This document shows positions 19,559-29,389 of a DNA stretch of 64,000 nucleotides, in pieces. Position 1 is the first letter of the stretch, and every line of letters begins with the position of its first letter. A program made the position numbers and the translations under genes. The DNA lies in IMG/VR virus record IMGVR_UViG_3300045135_002615, positions 186,001 to 250,000 of that record. One strand, written 5' to 3'. The notes beneath the pieces were generated by a model. That model saw only the letters and a list, made by a program, of their open reading frames with translations, searched no databases and was not told where the DNA came from.

Positions 19559-20671
19559 ATGACCATGTCAGACATCTTCGATAAGATTACAAAAGACTTT
19601 CTACGCTCAAAGAGAGCTAACTTTGCTCAACCCCTTCGTCTCCAACCTGACTACGGCGAGAGGCAGGCTGAGCTTGACATCCAAGCACGCTTCCATGAAG
19701 GACCTCAAGGTCGCAAGGAGTTTAAGGAATGGATGGGAGATCAACCTAAAGATTTCCAAGAGGAGTGGGAAGCGAACACTGAGGAGTATGGGGATAAGTT
19801 CAAGAAGGCACGCTTCCATGAAGGACCTCAAGGTCGTAAAGAGTTTAAGGAATGGATGGGAGATCAGCCTGAAGATTTCCAAGAGGAGTGGGAGGCGAAT
19901 ACAGAGGAGTATGGGGATAAGTTCAAGAACGCCTCCGACTTCTTTGCTGAAGATCACCTACCTGGCTCATACATGAGCCGTCAGAATCTAAGAGACATTA
20001 ATGACATGTCTGAATTCATCGAGGAGGACATTGGAGAGGAGGAGCTAGAGGATTGGGTTGAGGATAAGATTTCCCATGCTCATGCTGACCTTAATGATGT
20101 GGCTCGTTATAGGGGCTATCGTGACCGCCACACTGAAGAGACGTTCAAGCAAGCAGCTACCTTCTTGGGTGGAGGTATTGAGAGCGATCTTTATGACGAG
20201 TATGACTTCGATGAGTTTGAAGATATGCCCATGTCACGCACAGCGGCAGCTTCGGGTCTTTATGGGTACACCAAGAGAGTTCAAGGGGACGTTGAGTCTG
20301 CTATCCGTAAGCTACAGAAGAAGGTGGACAGCCTAGCTCGTTTCGTAGAGTCTAAGCACCCTGAAGCGGGCTCATACTTTTCTGCAAGAGCAGAGAACGC
20401 AACTTGCCCCGCTTCAAAAGCGTTGAGTAGAGCGTGCTTGATTAACAAGGCACCGAGTAGAGTGCTCAATGGTCCTTACGGCTTTAAGTCTTCTGTGGCT
20501 AAGGCTTCTCAGAAGGCGATCTCGGACTTGATCCTTTACTCAGGCGAGGTTGCACATGGTCTATACCTCAAGGATAGAGCACATGTACCTTTCTTGAAGG
20601 AGCACCTTCGTAGGAAGCGTTGCCCTCTGACACGGCTCATTATCGAAGCTCTCCCTTCCGATGCTATCTAA
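19559..20671 (+). CDS. Putative internal virion polyprotein
   Basis: Modules separated by KRA/KKA/KNA/KQA/RTA; LEDWVEDKI domain; motif at 19511-19523. Confidence 0.75.
   Translation: MTMSDIFDKITKDFLRSKRANFAQPLRLQPDYGERQAELDIQARFHEGPQGRKEFKEWMGDQPKDFQEEWEANTEEYGDKFKKARFHEGPQGRKEFKEWMGDQPEDFQEEWEANTEEYGDKFKNASDFFAEDHLPGSYMSRQNLRDINDMSEFIEEDIGEEELEDWVEDKISHAHADLNDVARYRGYRDRHTEETFKQAATFLGGGIESDLYDEYDFDEFEDMPMSRTAAASGLYGYTKRVQGDVESAIRKLQKKVDSLARFVESKHPEAGSYFSARAENATCPASKALSRACLINKAPSRVLNGPYGFKSSVAKASQKAISDLILYSGEVAHGLYLKDRAHVPFLKEHLRRKRCPLTRLIIEALPSDAI
19685..19930 (+). repeat. Two tandem 123-bp (41-aa) repeats
   Basis: ARFHEGPQGRKEFKEWMGDQPxDFQEEWEANTEEYGDKFK twice. Confidence 0.95.
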
Positions 20672-21389
20672 GATTTTTGGGCTCTTAGTCTTCTTCTTCC
20701 CTGTAGTCTGTCATGGGCAAGTGGTAGATGTTGAGACTAATAGAGAGACTACATCAGAGGGTCTACATGGCTCATTTGAGCTTGGTGCTTCTCTTCAGAA
20801 AGGCAACGTAGATGTCTTTCAGTATGCAACCGCCATACGGGTTGACTACTTGAAGGATGGGCATCACCTCTTTTTGATTGGCTCCACTCTGTATGGAGAG
20901 GATAAGGGTAAGGCTTTCCAAGATGAGTCTTATGGACACTTGAGATGGGCTCTGATGAACACACATGGTGTAGGTGGAGAGCTGTTCACTCAAGTGCAGG
21001 AGGCAAGGTTTAAGATGCTCTCCCTTCGCCAGCTTGTTGGAGGAGGTGCGAGAATGTCCTTCTTAAAGGGAAACTTCGCTATGGGTGTCGGCTGTATGTC
21101 TGACTATGAGCTCTTATCAAGTGGCTCTGATGGGCTTGTAGCTCGATGGAATACCTACTTGAGGGTGGCTACAGGAGGCGACCTTAAAATGGGTCTATTG
21201 GCTTATTTCCAGCCTCATATAACACAGCTTGAAGATTATCGAGTATTGAGCCAGGCATCAATAGAGTTCAAGATCGGTGAGGCTTTATCGGTTTCACAGG
21301 ATTTTGTTCACACCTACGACACTAGACCCCCTCAAGGTGTGGTTGTGTCTGATGTCCAAACCATCATTAAGCTAAAGGTCAAACTATGA
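20661..21389 (+). CDS. Outer-membrane beta-barrel, DUF481-like
   Basis: Signal peptide, GN motif, alternating beta strands to the C-terminus, YD..P. Confidence 0.65.
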   Translation: MLSKIFGLLVFFFPVVCHGQVVDVETNRETTSEGLHGSFELGASLQKGNVDVFQYATAIRVDYLKDGHHLFLIGSTLYGEDKGKAFQDESYGHLRWALMNTHGVGGELFTQVQEARFKMLSLRQLVGGGARMSFLKGNFAMGVGCMSDYELLSSGSDGLVARWNTYLRVATGGDLKMGLLAYFQPHITQLEDYRVLSQASIEFKIGEALSVSQDFVHTYDTRPPQGVVVSDVQTIIKLKVKL

Positions 21390-22894
21390 GTTATCGACAT
21401 CTAAATGGTTGCACCATTGGAGACCATCAGGGGATCTATATGGGTGTTAATCTAAGTGTCCCAAAAGCCATTAACCTCGTCAAGGCTAAGATCAGTGTTT
21501 TTAAGTTTTATGTAAGTCAGCATGGTTCCCTGCTCAACTCCATACCTGCTCCCCATCAGCGTGTAAGTAACGCTGATATAGTCACCGTTGTTCTTCTTGC
21601 GGATTTTCTGTATCACAAGATTGACTTCCCTAAAGGGAAGGCGAGGCGTGTGAGGGCGATTAAGAACAAGTTGAAAAAAGCTAGCTTGAGATCTAGGGCT
21701 AATGGGAACATTAAGTGGTACGTTGCACGCATGTCTCATATTGAAGATATGTTAGAGCTACTGAAGTACCCGCTCAAGCAAGCCTCCTCACATAAGACAC
21801 TCGGTCCGTTCACGCTAAAGAACCCTATACACTTGAGTGACGATAAAGTATTGAAACTTGAGGCAGCCTGCAAGGAAGCATTAAGGCTTTGCACGAACAG
21901 CTTAGCTCCTAACTTTACTTCCTGTCTTTATGGGGACGTGACACTCACAGAGAAGATAGGCAGATCAGATTGGCTCGCGTGGTATCACTCTGCGAAAGAC
22001 GATATTACTCTTAAGTACTTTGATCACGCGAAGCGTCTCTTTATCCGTACCTTCATTCATGAGCTTGGTCATAGATACTATCGTAAGGTACTCCCTGCGG
22101 ATAAGAAGGCATTGTGGGCTAAGTATCACATCCTAGCCACTACTACACGGGTGGATATAAGAGATTGGGTGCAAAATCCCTTCGCGGAATTTTATGTTGG
22201 GTACGCGAGGACTAGGGAACAAATCTCAAGTACTCTTGAACCTGGCTTGACGAGGGCTCTCATACATAGTTTTGACTACGAAGGTGTTCGTTTCCTAACG
22301 GATAATGGAACCCTATTCGGACCCTTCGATATTAAATGGGTCAAGTCTACACTCCGCTCTAAAATGGGTCACCTTCCTTCTCAGTATGCGTCTACTTCGG
22401 CAGAGGAACACTTCTGTGAAGCATTGGCTTACAAGGCTATTGGTGAGCTAAGTAAATCTGCACTAGAGTCTTTCAACTCCATTATCATTGATGGGGCTCC
22501 CTCATCTCCTTCTCCGAGCATGGTATCAGAAGTAGCACCTCCCGCTCCTGTAGCTCCAACCCCTGAGCCAAAGAAGCCCAACCTACTCCGCACAGATCAT
22601 CAACATCGTGCGTGTCTAGAGTTAGCTGAGAGACTAGGTATCACTTACAAGGGAGGGGGTAACAAGTACGGCATCTTCATCTATGAGAATGTGGGCACAG
22701 CAACGAAGCACGCCTATATGTTCCTTGAAAGAAGCACCAACAACCTATTCCTACCTAAGACAGCAACCTCACCAAACACAAAGGTAAATCTCGGCAACTT
22801 GTCAGATAGTGATCTTGATGATCTTGTAAGTTTTAAGCGTATGGATAAGCTCCGCCCTAAATGGAGAACACAAGCGAAGATTAAAGGTGTGTGA
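21386..22894 (+). CDS. Zincin-like metallopeptidase domain protein
   Basis: FIHELGH and PSQYA...EEHFCE; Pro-rich linker. Confidence 0.65.
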   Translation: MSYRHLNGCTIGDHQGIYMGVNLSVPKAINLVKAKISVFKFYVSQHGSLLNSIPAPHQRVSNADIVTVVLLADFLYHKIDFPKGKARRVRAIKNKLKKASLRSRANGNIKWYVARMSHIEDMLELLKYPLKQASSHKTLGPFTLKNPIHLSDDKVLKLEAACKEALRLCTNSLAPNFTSCLYGDVTLTEKIGRSDWLAWYHSAKDDITLKYFDHAKRLFIRTFIHELGHRYYRKVLPADKKALWAKYHILATTTRVDIRDWVQNPFAEFYVGYARTREQISSTLEPGLTRALIHSFDYEGVRFLTDNGTLFGPFDIKWVKSTLRSKMGHLPSQYASTSAEEHFCEALAYKAIGELSKSALESFNSIIIDGAPSSPSPSMVSEVAPPAPVAPTPEPKKPNLLRTDHQHRACLELAERLGITYKGGGNKYGIFIYENVGTATKHAYMFLERSTNNLFLPKTATSPNTKVNLGNLSDSDLDDLVSFKRMDKLRPKWRTQAKIKGV

Positions 22895-22897
22895 CAC

Positions 22898-23362
22898 ATG
22901 GATAACGTAACCAAGATAGACAGACTTGTGGCTTGTGTTGAAGACCCTTCAAAGGTTTTCTATGAGTGGGACACAATCCTTGAGGCACGACCTATTCCAA
23001 CTTATTGGAAGCGTAAAGGGACAACGGTCACGCTCAGGTCTTTTGGACCTCAAGGTAATGTGATTAGCCTTCAGCCTTACACTCATCTATTAGGTATGGA
23101 CTACAAGATCAAGATCAAGGGGTGGATACAGACCCCTAATGCCTTTGTCTTTGTGGTTGACCCCTGTGGTTTGCCTTCTGATGTCACCGACCCATATCTA
23201 GTGGTAGCGATGTCGAGTGACATCCTTGACTATGATAGAGCACTTCGTATGATCCGATCAAGTGAAGTACACCCTTGTAACTTTGAGGTCACAGCCACGA
23301 TTGGTTATCGTGATCGGCTCAGGAGACAGGTCAGGTTTGATATACCCTCTGATATGGTGTAG
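22898..23362 (+). CDS. Hypothetical protein
   Basis: Operon-packed ORF; only weak resemblance to 2H-phosphoesterases, without HxT motifs. Confidence 0.6.
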   Translation: MDNVTKIDRLVACVEDPSKVFYEWDTILEARPIPTYWKRKGTTVTLRSFGPQGNVISLQPYTHLLGMDYKIKIKGWIQTPNAFVFVVDPCGLPSDVTDPYLVVAMSSDILDYDRALRMIRSSEVHPCNFEVTATIGYRDRLRRQVRFDIPSDMV

Positions 23363-23403
23363 TTCTTTTATATTCTTCATGGTGTGTTCTAAGGAGAAGC
23401 ATT

Positions 23404-23811
23404 ATGAAGAAAAAAGCATCAAGTCAGGCAGGGTGGTCTTTACTGACCAGTGGGGTGTCACAAGCGAGGGTGGAAGCACACATTGTGAGGATAGCCCTCA
23501 ATCAGATGCTTGACGCTCTCTCTAACTCTCCACTTAAAGAGGAGTTCTATCGCCTCTGTGGAGACAACCTAGAGGCACTCCCCTTACATCTGAGTAAGAT
23601 GGAGCGTCAGTTAGACAAGACCAACTATGCATTGATCACTATGGGTGGGGATTACTACCGACAGAGGCTGACCCATGAGGATAGAGAGTCAGTGGACATG
23701 GCAGCCAAGTATAATCCGACACCTTCACCCACGCTTACCAAGTCTTCAAGTATAGATGATCTTGAGATGAGGATTGCTTATTTGGAGGATTTGAGGCGTA
23801 AGGCTAAGTGA
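23404..23811 (+). CDS. Putative virion protein with C-terminal coiled-coil tag
   Basis: KKAS start; IDDLEMRIAYLE; GTAGTTCTTTTAT at 23359. Confidence 0.75.
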   Translation: MKKKASSQAGWSLLTSGVSQARVEAHIVRIALNQMLDALSNSPLKEEFYRLCGDNLEALPLHLSKMERQLDKTNYALITMGGDYYRQRLTHEDRESVDMAAKYNPTPSPTLTKSSSIDDLEMRIAYLEDLRRKAK

Positions 23812-24775
23812 TAGACTCTAAATAAGCGAGAGCTTGCTCCTTCGCTCCATTAGATGCCTTCACCTGCATGACCCTCTCTTTGAGGGTCAATTCTGACCAA
23901 CCTTCAGTTGCCACCTCTTTCATCTTCTCTACAATCTCTTCCATACGCTCTTTGCTCTCCTTCTCACGGACAGCCTCTTCAATCTTGAAGACTTCCTCAG
24001 CGTCACGGCAAGGGACATTGTGTCGGATGAACTCAATCTTATCCTTAGAGGCTTGCACTTCAACCACACAAGGCTTACGATCAAGATCATCAAGGTGAAG
24101 CGACCCTCTAGTCAGCGACCCTACGTTGACCACTGTGCTTCCATTAGGTAATACAGTGACACCTTGATCTTTATGCCAATGCCCAAAGAACCACCCGTCA
24201 ACGTCTGTGATCGTATTGAGGAAGTCGTACCCAACGATGTCCTCACTCTCAAACATTGAACCTGTCTCCCCCTTTCGAGCAAGCAGGTGGCAAGCCACAA
24301 GTAAGTAGTCTTCATCACCCTTCTTCAGATCACGGAGCAAATCAAAGTTATACTCTGTGCCATGATAGGGGATGCCCACAAGACGGACCTTACACCCGTC
24401 TTGCTCTAAGATGACCTCTTGAGCACCACCAAACTCGGTGAACACTCCTGATGAGAAGAGAACAGAGAGGGGTTGCTCAGGGAGGTACTCATATTTGCCG
24501 TATTTAACATCATGGTTGCCTACAAGAGCGTATACAGGGCATGGGTAGTCTCGGTGTGCGTCTAAAGCTTTACGGACAAGAGCATGGGAGTTCTTGGTGG
24601 GTGACTTTACATCAAAGAAGTCTCCTCCATCTATCACTCCGTGAGCTTTGGTCTTTTCAGCCAGCTCACCGATCCATCTTAGTTTTGCACACACGTCAGC
24701 CGACCACGAGCCTTCACGCCTTCGTGGTGTTTTATCTGCCATGTGTACGTCTGTTCTCCATATCAGTTTGATCAT
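23804..24775 (-). CDS. Mre11/SbcD-like metallophosphoesterase nuclease
   Basis: DVH, GDFFD, GNHD, GHWH, GSL. Confidence 0.88.
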   Translation of the reverse strand: MIKLIWRTDVHMADKTPRRREGSWSADVCAKLRWIGELAEKTKAHGVIDGGDFFDVKSPTKNSHALVRKALDAHRDYPCPVYALVGNHDVKYGKYEYLPEQPLSVLFSSGVFTEFGGAQEVILEQDGCKVRLVGIPYHGTEYNFDLLRDLKKGDEDYLLVACHLLARKGETGSMFESEDIVGYDFLNTITDVDGWFFGHWHKDQGVTVLPNGSTVVNVGSLTRGSLHLDDLDRKPCVVEVQASKDKIEFIRHNVPCRDAEEVFKIEEAVREKESKERMEEIVEKMKEVATEGWSELTLKERVMQVKASNGAKEQALAYLESIT

Positions 24776-24868
24776 GTATTCACTCCTTGAGTGGGTTATA
24801 CAAGGCTTATGGTGTTAGTTTGTTTATGAGGGTCTTGCTCATAAAGGTTTGTTTTTTTGGAGATGACC

Positions 24869-27346
24869 ATGAGTATTAAGATAGCCCGTACTTTAAGGAT
24901 GGCTCTCAACAAGAGATTAGATGAGATAGATGAGATGATCCACATAGGTTCTCCTCAAGCCCGCCATCGTATCTTAGAGGCTAATCATATTCTCCACACT
25001 CTAGCGAACCAGCTCCATAGAGAAGCTACCAAGTCTAACGCAGAGAGAGAAGACGAAGGAGCAGAGAAGCTCATTCGTAAGGATCCCAAGAAGAGGGAGA
25101 GGAGAACAGACCTCCGCAAGAACAGGGTTGAGTTTGAAAAGGACCCTGACCTTCAAGGGTTAAACCGAGGAGATGGTGGCGACCCTGATCTTTCTAGGAG
25201 AGATCGTAAGATGGGGTCTGATTTAGATGTTGTTGAGAGACGGCTACTCTCTATTGCTAAGTCTGCTCTGAGCCATGAGTCTGTTTCACAACAAGCTCGT
25301 AAAAACCTAAGAAAAAATACTTATCAGGACAAGGACTCCAATAAGACAGTCTCTTTTGAGACTGCCTATACTAAGGGTAATCCCTCAGCGGTTGCTGACC
25401 TGAAGAAAGAAACCAGTAGGCTCAAGAAGGAACAAAAAGAGGAAGGTGGAGGGGGGCTCTTAAACCCCTTAGACTCACTGAAGCCCTCTCAAAAGCTATT
25501 ATTTTCTGAGATCGCTAAGGGTAAAGAGATATCGACATTGACTTTAGTTGAGGAACTCGTTCTTCAAGAGTCAATCTCTTCTCTAATTGAAGTTAAGGTT
25601 GAACTAGAGAAGAAGGGCGTTGTTGAACCTCCTCCTGAGAAGAAGAAAAGAAAGACACGGTCAGATAAGGGAGTACCTAGAGGACCATATACTAAGAGAG
25701 TTAAGGAAGAACTTGAGAAGATACTTCCTGATGAGATTGCTGGTGAAAATACTGCTGAATCGGTAGACTTAGATATACTCTCTTCCACTAGGTTGTTAGA
25801 TGCCAAGTCGTTAAACAACGCTCTATCGTCTATGGTTGAGACTTCCAAGAAAGAGGTTGCCAAGTCTGAAGCCCAATCCAAAAAGAAGCTCGTCGTAGAA
25901 AAAAAAGAGACAAAGAGAGATGTTGCCCAGCTCAAGTCCATCCTTGAATCTACGCCTGATAACACTAACGTAAAAAAACTTATGGAAGGCGTGTCAGAAC
26001 TTGATGAGAACCAACTTGAAGAGATGCAAGAGGCTAAGGAGAATAAAGAGGAAGATATCATAGCTGTTGTACTTGATGAGGGGGACTTAAATGAGTACAT
26101 CAAAGATGGGCAAGAGAAGGTGGACATCTCATCGCCCTCTGGGTTGGGCGAGGGTATTGCCTTAGAAAAGGCTAAAGAGGGATTGTTAAGAGATCCGATA
26201 TGGTCTTACCCATCCCCTCCTTCTGATCCAAAAGCATTAGAGGAGCATAACGACTACGTCTTATCAAGTGTCTTTGCAAGCTACTCCGGTATGGACCGTG
26301 AATTGCAGAGCGAGGTGTTGTCTTCATCACTTGAACGTAGAGAGAAGCTACTTGAAGAGATCAAGTCCAACACAGAGGGTAAGAAAGAAAAGGAAGATCA
26401 ACTCTCTAATCTTAATATGGCAATCTCTTCTATGAACATATTTTCAATACTTGAGGGTGATGAACCTTTAAAAGGCTTCAATGAAGTACCTAAAGACATT
26501 GTGTCACTTGCAGAGGTGAAACGCTCCGTCCCTATGCTTAAAATGATAGCACTCATGTCTGATCATGGTCAATCCAATATAGATATGAGAGAGGCGACAA
26601 AAACAGCTTTAGCTGAAGTGTCCGATGAAGACTTCATTGATTCTATGGGAGGGGATACGGGTCCTTACGGGGACTTACTAAAAATGTTAGACCCCTCTTT
26701 TTGCCCTCCTTCACTCAATAATAATGATGCCTCTGAGGGGGAGTGTCCGTCACCTATGACAGATGAAGATAGGAAAGTTATTCGTGACACGATAACCACT
26801 CTATTCCTGGACGGTCAGAGCTTAAAGAGGATTAATGAGGGGGCTTCAAAAAAGAAGTTTAAAACAAAGAAGAATGAAGACGAACAAAACTTTGATGCTC
26901 ACAGCGAGAGTGATGTCTCAGGTTTTGAAGAATATGAGAGCATCCTCTTTGAAGATGGTCCTCCTTCAAAAGAGAAGTTTGAAGAGTTTGGTGACATGGT
27001 TAGGGAGGAAAACTTGAGGAGGCTTGATCAAGAGCAAGGTCTGCCTAAAAATATACAAAATGCTGTTAGGGGACGAGGGAGACCCAAAAAGAAACCAGGT
27101 GACTCAAAGGGTAAATACACAAGACGTGAAAAGCCCGAAGGACCATTAGATGGGAGCTCCAAAGATGACACAGCACCCGCAAAGAATAAGGGCGGACGCC
27201 CAAGAAAGAAGCCTGGTGATCCAAAGGGTAAATATACAAGGCGGTTGGAGCCTCAAGAGGGTCAGGGCAGGGACAATGACCTGCTCGAAGAGATACGCAA
27301 GAGACATGAGGCTCTTTGGAATGAGCTAGAGAGAGACTTCGGTTAA
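24869..27346 (+). CDS. Large charged head-module protein with AT-hook-like repeats
   Basis: GRP[KR]KKPGD.KGKYTRR twice, RSDKG; lies upstream of the protease; motif variant at 24815. Confidence 0.75.
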   Translation: MSIKIARTLRMALNKRLDEIDEMIHIGSPQARHRILEANHILHTLANQLHREATKSNAEREDEGAEKLIRKDPKKRERRTDLRKNRVEFEKDPDLQGLNRGDGGDPDLSRRDRKMGSDLDVVERRLLSIAKSALSHESVSQQARKNLRKNTYQDKDSNKTVSFETAYTKGNPSAVADLKKETSRLKKEQKEEGGGGLLNPLDSLKPSQKLLFSEIAKGKEISTLTLVEELVLQESISSLIEVKVELEKKGVVEPPPEKKKRKTRSDKGVPRGPYTKRVKEELEKILPDEIAGENTAESVDLDILSSTRLLDAKSLNNALSSMVETSKKEVAKSEAQSKKKLVVEKKETKRDVAQLKSILESTPDNTNVKKLMEGVSELDENQLEEMQEAKENKEEDIIAVVLDEGDLNEYIKDGQEKVDISSPSGLGEGIALEKAKEGLLRDPIWSYPSPPSDPKALEEHNDYVLSSVFASYSGMDRELQSEVLSSSLERREKLLEEIKSNTEGKKEKEDQLSNLNMAISSMNIFSILEGDEPLKGFNEVPKDIVSLAEVKRSVPMLKMIALMSDHGQSNIDMREATKTALAEVSDEDFIDSMGGDTGPYGDLLKMLDPSFCPPSLNNNDASEGECPSPMTDEDRKVIRDTITTLFLDGQSLKRINEGASKKKFKTKKNEDEQNFDAHSESDVSGFEEYESILFEDGPPSKEKFEEFGDMVREENLRRLDQEQGLPKNIQNAVRGRGRPKKKPGDSKGKYTRREKPEGPLDGSSKDDTAPAKNKGGRPRKKPGDPKGKYTRRLEPQEGQGRDNDLLEEIRKRHEALWNELERDFG

Positions 27347-27397
27347 TTCCTTTTCAATAGTCCTTTTATGAGTGGGTGTAATAAAGTGGAGGTGTCT

Positions 27398-27910
27398 ATG
27401 CACAATAAGCGAGCCACGACTTATGTCGATTACCAAGAGAGAGCCAAAGGCTTCAATGTAGGGCAACGTGTGTTCCCTTACACTGAGGCTAAGCCTACTA
27501 AGGCGGGCGTTGTTCTTGCGGTATATCCTGCTATCGGGATGGTTGATGTGCAATTCCCACATGGCACTACACGCTTGCCCGTTGAGGACTTAGTGATCGA
27601 CACCTCTAACGATAGTGAGTCTTATCCCGTAGAAGAGAATAGCCTCCCTAGTGGAGATGCTGTTGTACCTGTGACAAGCAAGACAGCTAAGAGAGTTGCT
27701 TCACGTCACATGGAAGCTATGTATTGGGCTGCGGTAGATCGCAAGTATCGTCTCTGTAGGGGTGAAGACCCCACACGACCTTCTTGCCCCAAGTGTAAGG
27801 AGACTATGGGCACCTCCATCTACAAGAGAAGAGAAGGTGTCAGCGAGAAACTTCTTGTTTGTCCTTCTTGCCTCTTTGTCATTAAGAACACAGACTTGAT
27901 CGGAGGCTAA
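27398..27910 (+). CDS. Head-module protein with SH3-like and Zn-ribbon domains
   Basis: GGAGG RBS; CPKC...CPSC; KRVASRH; motif at 27357-27369. Confidence 0.75.
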   Translation: MHNKRATTYVDYQERAKGFNVGQRVFPYTEAKPTKAGVVLAVYPAIGMVDVQFPHGTTRLPVEDLVIDTSNDSESYPVEENSLPSGDAVVPVTSKTAKRVASRHMEAMYWAAVDRKYRLCRGEDPTRPSCPKCKETMGTSIYKRREGVSEKLLVCPSCLFVIKNTDLIGG

Positions 27911-27911
27911 A

Positions 27912-29354
27912 ATGGCATTCTTAAGATACGCTAAGGCTAATGTAGTGCGACCTGAACTACATGGTCTTGAATGGGATAAGGTCAGGGTCGCTTCGGGAGA
28001 CAAGAAGCTAAACAAGTCTCTCAAGAAGCAAGCTGAGGATATCCTTGGAGAGCCCTTCACACCCGAAAGATTCCTCCTTACTCACTCTACTATTGTTTGC
28101 TCCGTAGACGCAGTCTCTCCTCCCAATACCAAAACAGGTAATGTTGTTGAAGAAGGGGCTAAGGTAAATCGCAAGTATGCCGATTACAGAGTGTCCCCTG
28201 AGACGGATAAGTTTATCAACAACAACCTTGATTGTTGGTCACGGGGGGTCATCAAGAAGTCTTATCAGACTTTCATTGGGGCACATAACTTCGTGGAGCA
28301 CATCCAAGTTGAGGAACTCTCTAAAGGTCGCATTATTGATGCTGTTCTCCGAGATATTGGTGATAGCCTCTATGTGGATATACTTGTAGCCACAGACCGC
28401 AAGCACAAGGACCTCGTTGATCAAATCGTCTCAGGTAAGATGAACTCCATGAGTATGGGTTGTAGCGTCGAGTTTACGATTTGTACTAAATGCGGGCACG
28501 TTGCCGCTGATGAGACTGAGATGTGTCCCCATGTTAAGTATGAGAAGGGCAACACCTTCTTTGACGAACAGGGTAATAAGCATAGGGTTGCGGAGCTCTG
28601 TGGGCATGAAGATGTAGGAGGTACCGCAGGTGTGACCTTCATTGAAGCCTCATGGGTTGCCACGCCCGCATTCCCTGGTGCAGTAGCCCGCAACACCATT
28701 GAAATCCCATCAGATGAACCTGCTAAGGTTGCAAGCCTTAATGAAGTCCCTGAGAAGTGGATTGCCAAAGCCGCCTCTCTTGTTGACTCTCCTTGGTATG
28801 ACCCTAATGGAGTGCTTAGTAAGGTCGCAGGTCCCTTTGACGACATGGGTGGTGATGACGATAGTGACGGAGATAAAAAAGAAGAAAAGCCCGACCCCTC
28901 ACTACTCTCTCAACTTGAAGGTGTCTATGAAAAGGCGGTTATTGATCGTTTCCGTCAAAAGCTTGAGAATGAGATGAAGAAGGAGAAGGCTCAGGAAGCC
29001 ATGAACCCTCCTATCAGTAAGTCTACTGTCGAGCAAAATGACACCGTCATCAAAGAAGGTCATGTGAACGCAGCTCAGTATCTTAACGCTCTAGAGATCG
29101 CTGTTAAGACCGCCTCTTCAACTGAGGAAGCTGTGTTGAACCTTACTTTGGTCAACAATCACTATGGGGTTAATATCCCTCCTCATGTGTACAAGCTGGC
29201 TTCTAAGCTCGGCTCAACCTCAAACCATAAAGATGTAGATAGTTTCCTTAAGAAGGCTTCTACTCTACATGGTAAAATCTTGTCTAGTTCTGAAGCTCGC
29301 ATCCTAGTTAGGCTAGCTAAGATACTCTCAATCAACTCTTTCGGGCAGAGGTAA
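27912..29354 (+). CDS. Prohead (capsid maturation) protease
   Basis: FVEH, SMSMGC, Zn insert CTKC..C.H, FIEASWVATPA (HK97/assemblin-type pattern); position before scaffold and capsid. Confidence 0.8.
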   Translation: MAFLRYAKANVVRPELHGLEWDKVRVASGDKKLNKSLKKQAEDILGEPFTPERFLLTHSTIVCSVDAVSPPNTKTGNVVEEGAKVNRKYADYRVSPETDKFINNNLDCWSRGVIKKSYQTFIGAHNFVEHIQVEELSKGRIIDAVLRDIGDSLYVDILVATDRKHKDLVDQIVSGKMNSMSMGCSVEFTICTKCGHVAADETEMCPHVKYEKGNTFFDEQGNKHRVAELCGHEDVGGTAGVTFIEASWVATPAFPGAVARNTIEIPSDEPAKVASLNEVPEKWIAKAASLVDSPWYDPNGVLSKVAGPFDDMGGDDDSDGDKKEEKPDPSLLSQLEGVYEKAVIDRFRQKLENEMKKEKAQEAMNPPISKSTVEQNDTVIKEGHVNAAQYLNALEIAVKTASSTEEAVLNLTLVNNHYGVNIPPHVYKLASKLGSTSNHKDVDSFLKKASTLHGKILSSSEARILVRLAKILSINSFGQR

Positions 29355-29389
29355 AGTCCTGCCCCGTCATGTTAGAAAGGAATTGCCTT

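Noticed and set aside
19685-19930. CRISPR array or DGR template/variable repeat
   Set aside because: In-frame coding duplication with mostly synonymous changes; no spacers, no adenine-specific pattern, no reverse transcriptase in the window
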